A stretch of DNA of 64,000 nt from Nitrosarchaeum sp. (GTDB lineage Archaea; Thermoproteota; Nitrososphaeria; Nitrososphaerales; Nitrosopumilaceae). Positions 21,831 to 31,586 of this stretch are shown piece by piece (the first letter of the stretch is position 1; the number at the start of each line of letters is the position of its first letter). Position numbers and translations under genes: made by a program. The stretch lies in contig OZ245020.1 in assembly GCA_965223865.1 (NCBI GenBank), forward strand, positions 1,152,001-1,216,000, in the 5' to 3' direction. The notes under the pieces are model-generated. The model saw nothing but the letters and a program-made list of their open reading frames with translations. It did not search any database and was not told the DNA's origin.

Positions 21831-23111
21831 ATGAATCATTATTGTATTATATCTGCTCTCTTTCTAGTACTAGTTTTATCTAGTTTGACTACTTTTTCAT
21901 ATGCTCAAAGATTAGGTAATGCTGATGTATTGCTCAGCGACATTTACCTTAATCCTGCAAATCCCAAAGAAGGGGATCTTGTAAGCATACAATCGATAGT
22001 GTATAATGCAGGACTAGAATCAACAAAATCTGTTACAGATGTTGTAACGGTTGGTTATTTTGTAAATGGTGATCTTGTAAAAATTGCTGAACTGCCAAAT
22101 GTTGAGCCAGGAGTGGAAAATGGTATACTGTTATCCTCAGGTCCTATCTGGACTGTATCTGAAGGGTCTCATACTATAACGGTAATTCTAAACTATCATG
22201 ATACTCTTTCGCACTTGATTGACAATCCATCAAACAATATCGTACAAAAAATATTTTCGATTGGGGAACCAAGACCATCTCTTGTAAACTTTGATGTATT
22301 CCAAGAATATCTGCCACAAACAAAGATGCAACAGATTACAATAGAAGGTAGTTTGACGTCTTTATCAGACAAGCCATTTTTACCAGATCAAATCATACTG
22401 CAAATAGGAGATAGCTTGTATGATGTTATACCATTAGATCAAGAAGGTCTTTTCTCATTTAGCAAGAATATTCCTTCATTTGACGAAGTTATTCCAATAA
22501 CTATTACCGTTGAAGAAAACTATCCGTTATTGGGCTCCACCTATACTGCAAATATTTATCCAATTCAAATGAGTAATAATGATTCTGTTTTAGCGATTCA
22601 GATTCAAGATCCTGAGGAATTTTATAATTTTAAAGATTCTTCAGCAGTCCTAGCAATATATGATGAATCATACAATTTGATAAAAAAAATTAGTACTGAC
22701 AATCTTTCCTTTGAAAAAACATATGATACAGTTTTTACAACTTTGGCTAGTGGTGGTTATATCGTTGAAGTATACATTGAGGGCAGATTTGTTGACGCAA
22801 TACAAACAAATCTAAAAGAAAATTCAGTAAAAACAATCAGCATCTTAATTCCTGAAACTTCCAAAGTAAAATTTCAAATTCTTGATAATAACGGGGAGCC
22901 AATAAATAATGCAGTGGTGCAGAACTGGATATTTACAATCAACACAGATGAGACAGGATTCACTGAGTGGATTAACATTTTTCCTACTCTTGGAGAACGA
23001 GAGCCTTATACTGCAAAAATCATACTTCCTAATGGTAAGATTTCTTGGTCTGATTCCTTTTTCATAAAATACGGTGACCAAAAAATAATTCAAGTGGTGA
23101 CTGAACCATGA
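21831..23111 (+). CDS. secreted CARDB (Ig-like) domain protein
   Basis: Signal peptide; 'DVLLSDIYLNPANPKEGDLVSIQSIVYNAG...GSHTITVIL...NN'. Confidence 0.75.
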   Translation: MNHYCIISALFLVLVLSSLTTFSYAQRLGNADVLLSDIYLNPANPKEGDLVSIQSIVYNAGLESTKSVTDVVTVGYFVNGDLVKIAELPNVEPGVENGILLSSGPIWTVSEGSHTITVILNYHDTLSHLIDNPSNNIVQKIFSIGEPRPSLVNFDVFQEYLPQTKMQQITIEGSLTSLSDKPFLPDQIILQIGDSLYDVIPLDQEGLFSFSKNIPSFDEVIPITITVEENYPLLGSTYTANIYPIQMSNNDSVLAIQIQDPEEFYNFKDSSAVLAIYDESYNLIKKISTDNLSFEKTYDTVFTTLASGGYIVEVYIEGRFVDAIQTNLKENSVKTISILIPETSKVKFQILDNNGEPINNAVVQNWIFTINTDETGFTEWINIFPTLGEREPYTAKIILPNGKISWSDSFFIKYGDQKIIQVVTEP

Positions 23112-24064
23112 GATCTTTACTTTTATTATTTTTTATAGTTGTTATTTTTGGAGTACTTACAGCTATCCCAAATGGTATAAACAACATTGCTTTTGGTGCT
23201 GTTACTGGAGGTTCTAATTTTTGCAGTGCTTTTCCCACGCATCCAGAATGTACTGGTTGGAGAATTGATCCAATTCATGATAATTTTTGGTTTTGTGAAT
23301 ATGTTGATCTTCCAACATTATGTAACAATCCACCAGATCCTCAAAAAAAGATAATTCCCAGAACTGACAATTATTGTTGTGGTGTGATAGGTTCACATTC
23401 ACTAAAGTATGTATCCCTTGATGGTGCAAACTTTACAGATGTATCTAAGAGAGAAAGCTCACTTGATACTTCAAAAGAATTGGTAATTTGGACAGACAAG
23501 GATTACTATTCCTTTGGGGATAGAGTCAATGTTTATGGAAAATTTAATTTTGCTGACTCTATATTGAAGAACAATAATCAATTTGTTGACATTAGTATTA
23601 ATGATAGAAAAGTCATTCTTGATTTACCTGTACATCCCAACGGGTGGTTTGCAGGATACTTTGTATTGTCTAATCCTTACTTGTATTATACTGGAACCAA
23701 TTTGATATCAGTTACATATTTTCATACTCCTACTTTGAATGAACCAGACAAGTTCGCACAAGCAACTTACAAGATTGCTACTGGAAATATTACAACAAAA
23801 CCATTTTCCATTGATGTAAAATCATTATCCGGAAAGATATCTTATGAAATCATCACAGAATCTAACGAATTTGTAAATCTAGATCTGGCAATTACTAGAC
23901 TTGTAACACCAAATGGATTGGTTTTGTCGCTACCAAGTTTATCCTCTGTAAAAGATATATCGGATTATCTGGATGATGATGTCTCTCTAGTCCCAGGCAA
24001 ATATGAGATAATTGTAACTAAGGGGAATCATACAACTTCGCAAGAATTTGAATATGTAAAATAA
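23108..24064 (+). CDS. secreted protein with Cys-rich N-terminus and Ig/MG2-like domain
   Basis: Signal peptide, 6 clustered Cys, 'WTDKDYYSFGDRVNVYG'; ATGA overlap with upstream gene. Confidence 0.7.
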   Translation: MRSLLLLFFIVVIFGVLTAIPNGINNIAFGAVTGGSNFCSAFPTHPECTGWRIDPIHDNFWFCEYVDLPTLCNNPPDPQKKIIPRTDNYCCGVIGSHSLKYVSLDGANFTDVSKRESSLDTSKELVIWTDKDYYSFGDRVNVYGKFNFADSILKNNNQFVDISINDRKVILDLPVHPNGWFAGYFVLSNPYLYYTGTNLISVTYFHTPTLNEPDKFAQATYKIATGNITTKPFSIDVKSLSGKISYEIITESNEFVNLDLAITRLVTPNGLVLSLPSLSSVKDISDYLDDDVSLVPGKYEIIVTKGNHTTSQEFEYVK

Positions 24065-24194
24065 TCTATAAACGCCTAAAATAAATAAGTTCAATACTAG
24101 ATAATATTCTTCTCTAAAATGATATACTAAACCTGTATTTGTCTTTTCTATTTTTGCTGATAGAAAAGTTCTCCCAAAAAACGAAAGATTTGTT

Positions 24195-25769
24195 ATGTAT
24201 TGTTTGTATATTTTAAATCATATGCAAAATTTTATTGTGGGTGTGTTGATTGCTTGTATCTTGTTATTTCCTATATATTCATACGCAGCACCTAGAGAAG
24301 CTGATTTGGTATTAGAAAATATCCAAATTGAACCTTCTTACCCAAAAAAAGGTGAGTTAGTAACAATAACTGGTGAGGTATACAATGCTGGACTGAAAAA
24401 TACTGATTCTTTTGCCAGTATCATAACAGTTGCATACTTTGTTGATGGGGAATTATTACACATTAATGCAATTGATAATGTTGAACCTGGGCTATCTAAT
24501 AAAATAAAAATCTCTTCTCCTCCTATTTGGAAATCTGAAATAGGATCTCATAATGTGAAAGTTATCATTGATTATCATAATTCAATACAGGATCAATATG
24601 ATTACTCTAATGATAATTCTTTAGAACGAACTTTTTTTATTGAACCCTCTAAAAATGCCCAAATTTTACTTTATGCCACTCCTCAATATTTTATACAAGG
24701 ACAAGAAATGCCAGATATTACTATCTCTCTTTTAGATTCTAACTCCAAGGAGCCTTTAAACAATAAAGAAATTATTTTGACCCTTGATAATATTAATTCT
24801 ACTTTAACCACAAATCATGAAGGAAAAATCTATTTTTCTAATGCAATTCCAATATATGATTCTATAAAAATAACTGTTTTTTTTGAGGGCGACTCTCAAT
24901 ATTCCTCTTCTAGTTCTTCCTTAACACTTAATCCCTTTCCCAAAGATGTTACATCATCATCTTTTATAATACAAATACTTGACTCACATAATCAATATAA
25001 TTTTGAAGATTATTCGTTTGATATTGTTATTTTTCAAAATTCTTATGGCAACTTGATTACAAAAATCAAACCTGATTCTACAACACTACTTGATTCTAAA
25101 ACTTTTCATGTGTCTCTTCCTCCTACAAATACTTATTTTGCAGAAATTTATCTCGAAGATAGACTCCTTTTTGTAACTAGTAATGATCTATTAGAGGAAG
25201 ATACTATTTTGTTTAAAGAATTGAAAATTCCAGAAACTGCATCAATAAGATTCAAAGTTACTGATGGCGAAAATTCTCCCATTGCAGGGGTATTAGTAAA
25301 AAACTGGATATATCATACTAATTCAAATGAAGATGGGTTTACAGAGTGGATAGATATACTCCCTACCACATATAACGAACCTTATGTGGCAGAAGTGGTT
25401 TTACCTGATCAGAGTGTGATTAAATCAGATCCCTTTTTTGTTTTTTCTGAGGAACAAAAAACTATCGAAATAATCACGAATGATTCTGCCTCGGTACACA
25501 ATATCCCTTCTTGGATTAAGAATAATGCTGGATGGTGGGCCACAGGACAAATTGATGATGTTTCTTTTATTCAGGGAATACAATTCTTGATCAAAGAGGG
25601 AATAATGATGATTCCTCCAACAACACAAGGCGAAGGTGCTGGTTCTAATGAGATTCCTACATGGATTAAGAACAACGCAGGCTGGTGGGCAAATGGCGAC
25701 ATTGATGATAACTCCTTTATTCAAGGAATACAATTTTTGATCAATGAAGGAATAATGGAAATACATTAA
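24195..25769 (+). CDS. secreted CARDB domain protein with two C-terminal IPxWIKNNAGWW repeats
   Basis: Paralogous to 21831-23111 along its length; thaumarchaeal W-rich C-terminal repeat; real start possibly ATG 24222. Confidence 0.8.
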   Translation: MYCLYILNHMQNFIVGVLIACILLFPIYSYAAPREADLVLENIQIEPSYPKKGELVTITGEVYNAGLKNTDSFASIITVAYFVDGELLHINAIDNVEPGLSNKIKISSPPIWKSEIGSHNVKVIIDYHNSIQDQYDYSNDNSLERTFFIEPSKNAQILLYATPQYFIQGQEMPDITISLLDSNSKEPLNNKEIILTLDNINSTLTTNHEGKIYFSNAIPIYDSIKITVFFEGDSQYSSSSSSLTLNPFPKDVTSSSFIIQILDSHNQYNFEDYSFDIVIFQNSYGNLITKIKPDSTTLLDSKTFHVSLPPTNTYFAEIYLEDRLLFVTSNDLLEEDTILFKELKIPETASIRFKVTDGENSPIAGVLVKNWIYHTNSNEDGFTEWIDILPTTYNEPYVAEVVLPDQSVIKSDPFFVFSEEQKTIEIITNDSASVHNIPSWIKNNAGWWATGQIDDVSFIQGIQFLIKEGIMMIPPTTQGEGAGSNEIPTWIKNNAGWWANGDIDDNSFIQGIQFLINEGIMEIH

Positions 25770-25888
25770 ACTAAATTAACGACTCTCGTTTTCATTCAAA
25801 TCACTTTCTTTAGATCTTAGACGAGGATTTTATAATCAACTAAATTCATTCAATAAATGCTTTAATTAGTAAATATTTGAGCAAACAT

Positions 25889-28800
25889 GTGGCATTGCTT
25901 AGATATCTTTTTTTGCTCTAGCTATCTTTGTATTAGTATCTGTAACTCTATTGGGTTCATTTTATGGATTTCAAACAGTTTATGATCTTCGATCCCAAGC
26001 CATCTCTTACATCACTCCATCTTTTTGTAATGATATGAAAAACGTACTACAACAAAAAGGGACGGATTACGATCACATGATCAACGCAATAGGAGATGAA
26101 CAACGATGGAACGCTTTCAATTTTGATCAAAAGGATGAAGATATTATTGAAAAATGTTTACAAGAAAATTTGTCAACAGTTAGTTCGTATGAAATCCCGA
26201 AAAAAACTGGATTCTTTGAGGGAGTTGGTGATCATAATGTGAAAGGAAAAGCAAAAGTAATACTCCTTGGACAAGATGAATATCTAAGATTAGAGAAATT
26301 TGAAATAAGTTATAATCCTATAACTGAATATGGTTACAAGATACCTGAACTATATGTTTATTTGAATAAAGGTGATAACTTAAATTCAGAATACAAGGAT
26401 CTTGGAAATTTAAAAACAAATCTTGGTGGTAAGAATTACAAACTTGAACCTGAATTGGAAGATCGTGATTTAGATGAATATGATACTGTAATCATTTATG
26501 ATATTATACATAAAGAAGTTTTTGCAAAAATAGAATTAAATGATCCTAATCTGTTTACAGATCCATTTTATGATATTATTGATGAAATTAAGATCGTTGA
26601 TTCTCCTAAAATTGAATCCCGTATAATTCATGAACGGTATGGTTTTTTTGAAGGAGTAGGTGGCTCTGAAGCAAAAGGATCAGCTGATGCATATTTTACT
26701 GAAGATGAAGGAATTTTACAAATTGAAAAATTTGAGATTTCTGTAGGGCGTGAACCTGAATTATATCTCACAAAAAATGAACAAATATCTAAAAATGGAC
26801 ACTGGACAATTGGTCCAGATAACAATCTCTATGTTGTCAGCGGTAATACAAATGAAATACTACGATATGACGCTTTTGGAAAATTGATTAATAATGAAAA
26901 ATTTGTTACTGATAAATCAAATGGATTGATTCATCCTTCACACTTGGAAATTAAAAATGATAAGATATTGGTTAGTAGTAGTTTTAATGATTCAATCAAC
27001 TATTATGATGAAAGAAGTGGTAAAAGTTTTGATAAAAATACCATATCTCTTCGTGACACAGTTTTGTATAATGATAATTCTGTTATGGGTCCCAATGAAG
27101 AAATTATGTATCTAATAATATTGCCAGCGAAATAGTTAAACTTGATGGTACTGATTCTAAACTAGTTATTAAAACTGGAGATTCTCTTTTACGCTCTCCC
27201 TCTTATTTGACTTTTAAAAATAACAATCTCTATGTGGGTAGTGATGACAAAATTTTAATGTATGATGGAATAAATGGTAATTTTATTGATACTTTTGTTG
27301 CAGAAAACAATGGTTCATTACGTAATCCGCAGGGATTATTCTTCACAAATGATCATCTCTTTGTGAGTAGCTACAATGATAGAATTTTACAATATGATCT
27401 TCAAGGTAATTTTGTTAAAGAATTTACTGCCAGTAAAGATACCCAAATAATTAAACCCGTTGGTATGGCAATAGACAAAGAAGGAAATTTGTTCACCACG
27501 TCTCAGCTTGGACATGTTTTAAAATTCTCAAAGACAGGATTACTTGAAAAAATTATTCCTATCCCTGATTCAAATAATGATGCATCAAAACGACCGCCAG
27601 ATCCTCATGGTCTTTTTTTGGATGATGATGACAATGTTTTGTACATAAGTGTCTTTAACAAAAATCAAGTATTACGGTATGATCTAGCTTCTGATACAAT
27701 TTCTGAAATATGTTGTGACGGTGATCTATTGGATGGACCAGAAGGTTTATCTTTTGATAAAATAAATAAAATTCTTTATATTAGCAACAACAAAAATGAT
27801 CAAATTATTGCATATAATGTGTTGACAAAATCATTTTACCCAATAATAAAAAACAGTGGGGACGGTGAACTGTCTTTGCCCCGAGGGCTCTTTTTTAATG
27901 ATGATGGAATTCTCTACATTGCAAACAGCAATAATAACGAAATACTAATGTACGATCCAATAAAAAATCTCTGAAAGTTTTTCCAGACATTCCTAAAAAA
28001 GGTCCTTCTATTATATCAGGTGGAATTGCATTTGACCAAAATGAAGTTCTTTACGTAATCAATGAAGTAAACAATGACATATATCGTTACAGTCTGGATA
28101 ATGGAAAATTCGTTGATGTATTTACTGGATTTACCCATTCATTAAATGAATATCTCCATGAAATAACATACAATGATAAAACATCCGATAAATTTGTTGG
28201 TAAAAATTACAATCCCTCTAAGATGCCATTAAGAAATATCATTTTTACTAATGACGATGAATATTTGTTTGCAAGTGATCCTTATCATGATAGAATATTT
28301 GTTTATGATGCAAGTGGCTCCATTGTTGACATTTTTACTGATCCTGAAAACTTAGATTATCCTACGGACATTGCTTTGACTACTGATGAAAAACATCTCT
28401 TGGTAACTAATTATGGCTCAAATGTCATTTCGCTTTTAGCAATCTCTGATGGTACTTTGACACTTGATAATGTAGTGTTTTTAGATCCTGGCAAAAACAA
28501 TTTGATTGAAATAAAACAAATAGGATTTGATCTTTTTGGTAATTTGTATGTAGGGGGGAAAATATAATCAAATTTTGAAGTATGCTCTAGATACACGTGG
28601 CTATGACAACCCTGATGTTGTATATCTTGGAGACTTTACTGTTGATGATGTCCGCTTGAATAAATTGAGTGACAATTTACTTAAGCATTATACATTAAAC
28701 GGTATTGATACACAACGTAATGATCACTTGGTTGTTTATGACCCTTTTTTGGAACAGCCTGTCGCACAAGTAGTATTTAGTGATACACAAGATCTTCTCA

Positions 28801-30386
28801 CCCCTCTAAACAATTTGCTATATGGCGCCGTCTCTGTTTTTAATGTTATAGATGAGCCAGAAATAAAGTCTAAAAAAATAATCAAACATACTGGATTCTT
28901 TGTAGGAAACAAAAAACTTCAATCTGATGAAATAATAACTCCTGCTGGATTTGTAATTGGGGATAATGTAGATGCATATGGTCAGGTATTCATCAAAAAT
29001 GTAGATCAACAATTATCAATATTGATTGAAGCCTTTTCAATAGACTATGAAAAAAATGATTATGTTTCAATTCCATCATATCATAAATCCAAGGAACTAA
29101 AACCTTCATTATGTGTGTCTAATTCTTTTTCAGAATGCATTTCTCCTACAAATGACAAATTGAAGATTAATGCAGGTGATAATCTATTCATATTACACGA
29201 TACCGACTTTGGCAATCTTACTTCTGATGATCTTAGTATATTCATACATGACGAAAAAAATGTTTTAGCTTACATTCCAATAAAAGAGTATGGAGTAGCT
29301 CGTATATCTCTTGAATCTTTTGTTGATTGGTTTCAATATTCTTACCCGTTTTTCCTTTCATTGTTTTGATTTTGATATTTCCAATCGTGATCGACTATCT
29401 TCGCTTAATATTTAAGTTGATTTTTTCCCCAACGTTATGGATATCTGAAAAAATTAAATCTAAACCTAAATCAGTAATTAACAAATATGAAAAAATTACC
29501 ATATTAATACCTGCACATAATGAAGAATTTGGTATCAAAGAATCAATCGAATCTGCTCTTAATACTGATTATCCTAACAAGGAAATAATAGTAATAGATG
29601 ACGGCTCAACAGATGGCACTCATCTTATTGCTCACAAATATGCAGAGAAAGGACTGATTAAACTCCTTCATTGTGATACGGCTAGCGGTTCAAAAGCTAC
29701 TGCATTGAACTATGGAGTAAATTATGCCACTAGTAACTATGTCATATGCATGGATGGTGACACTCAATTAGATAAGAATGCTTTAAAAAATACTGTAGGG
29801 TACTTTGATGATGATGAGGTAGTTGCACTTTCTGGAAATGTAAAGATAATTGCAGGAGATGACGGAAAAACAAACACTCTGACCAATTTGCAGAAATATG
29901 AATATATGGTTGCAATTGAACTGGGTAGACGTTTTACATCTTTCTTTCAAATATTGTTAGTGATTTCAGGTGCATTTGGAGTGGGCATATGGTCAATTTC
30001 AAACTTTATTAAAAAATAGGAATATTCTTACATCTAAATTTCCCTTCCGAGATAAAATATCTTTTTTAGATATGTTTGCGCTAGATATGTTTCTAGCATT
30101 ATTGTTTCCAGTTGGACTTCTAGTGATTGGAATTGTATCTGTTAATCTGTATATCCAAAACAATTTGCATGTGTTAGTTTATCCCTTATTTTTTACTATG
30201 ATCACATTTCTGATATTAGAAACTGTGTTATTCTTGTATGCTGTTCTCTCTTCTGCTAATAACAGGTCTAGTCTCAAACTTATCTATCTTGTACCTGTAA
30301 TGACTTTCTTTTATAGGCCATATTTGAAGATGATCAATCTTAGGGGGTTCCTTAGAGCATTTTTTAAGAAGCAAGCACCCTGGTGA
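25889..30386 (+). pseudogene. fragmented DM13 + NHL beta-propeller + GT2 glycosyltransferase fusion gene
   Basis: Six consecutive ORF pieces join by 1-2 nt shifts; DM13 motifs, NHL repeats (P.G...D...LYV), TM, GT2 motifs IPAHNEE, DDGSTD, DGDT, C-terminal TMs. Confidence 0.75.
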
Positions 30387-30404
30387 TGAAAAAATCCTCA
30401 CGTA

Positions 30405-31381
30405 TTATTCTATAACTCTGTATAGTGTGTCTCTTTTCCACTGCATTGTACCTTCAACAGAAATATTTCCACATTCATGACAAATCAATTCAAAAAATGG
30501 CCTTGGAAATTTATCTCCACAGCTTTTACAAACATAATAATCTGTATTTTCAAGATAATCTTTTCCTACAGAGCCTATGTGCTTATTGCATTTGGGACAT
30601 ATGTCTGAACCTACTACTTTTGGATATACTTCTCCGCACTTGTAATGTTCTATGAGAATCTCTTGTGTAAAGTTGATTTGTTTACATTTGGGAATTTCGA
30701 ACTATATAATATCGTAGGCGATTTGCATTGATTGCATGCTACCTCCAGAATTTCTTTGTCCAAAATTATTCTCTGATTCTCTTTTGCATTTCTTAACAAT
30801 GTTTCAATTTCTGATTGTTCTACATTTAGAAATCTCTTAATTTTATTCTCACTTATAATATTGCCCGATGATAACAACAATTCGAATTTTTCTTCGCATG
30901 TAATGTTTTTCCAACTGTCTTTTTGTTCAAATATGTTTGAAAGAGATTTTTTTAGATCTGTCATTTCTAGGGGTTTTTGCGTTATTGACCCTATTCCCAT
31001 ATCGAAGAATTTTGTTATCCGTGGATCTGTTTTTTCCTTTGCAGTTATGACTATTATTTTCACACCAGGATATATTTCTAATAATTCTCTTATGGTATTT
31101 TCAAGATCTTGATTTGGTAAACTGTCATCTATTATGATGGGAACACTAATTTCTTTACTTACAAAATCTGAGAAAATATTTATGCCCTCATCTGGTTCTT
31201 TACAGATGTAAATATTTTCAAAACCTAAACTGACAAGAAATTTACGTATAGTGATTGCTATTGGATTGCAATACTCTATTACAACAATATCTCTATTGGA
31301 AATAGGCAAATCTGAAAAATATTCAATTTGCATCAAGTCTATGTTTTCAAGTTTATTTTTTTCAGTAATTGCTCTGGACAT
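30405..31381 (-). pseudogene. response regulator with Cys-rich (TackOD1-like) zinc-ribbon output domain, one frameshift ~30694
   Basis: Receiver motifs IIIDD, ITA, QKP; shifted frame continues PKCK..IEHYKCG..CPKCN..CKSCG..CHECG to TAA at 30405. Confidence 0.8.
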
Positions 31382-31586
31382 TTCTTTACATCCTTGGTGA
31401 ATCCATCTGATAAATCATGTGCTTGGTTTGAATTACTTTTGGTGTATTTTTTTGGACTAATGTCATTTGGAATTCTCTCTTTTGGAACATGAAGTTATTA
31501 TTCAAACAAAACAAGTTTCAACCATGTTTCTTCAAATTTGAACTTTAGTTTCTTCTAGTGTTTTTGATTTTGTTCTATATTTTTCT

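Larger units (their letters stand above)
14006..31586. mobile_element. putative genomic island bounded by duplicated fbp; no integrase or transposase recognised
   Basis: Flanking long direct repeats; accessory surface and sugar genes; many frameshifts; core-type genes on both outer sides. Confidence 0.6.

Noticed and set aside
25500-25760. Two similar ~100-bp DNA segments
   Set aside because: Explained by the duplicated IPxWIKNNAGWW protein repeat common in thaumarchaeal secreted proteins
14006-31586. Provirus, IS or integrase-driven element
   Set aside because: No recombinase, transposase, capsid, packaging ATPase or replication gene recognised; no terminal inverted repeats or tRNA att site
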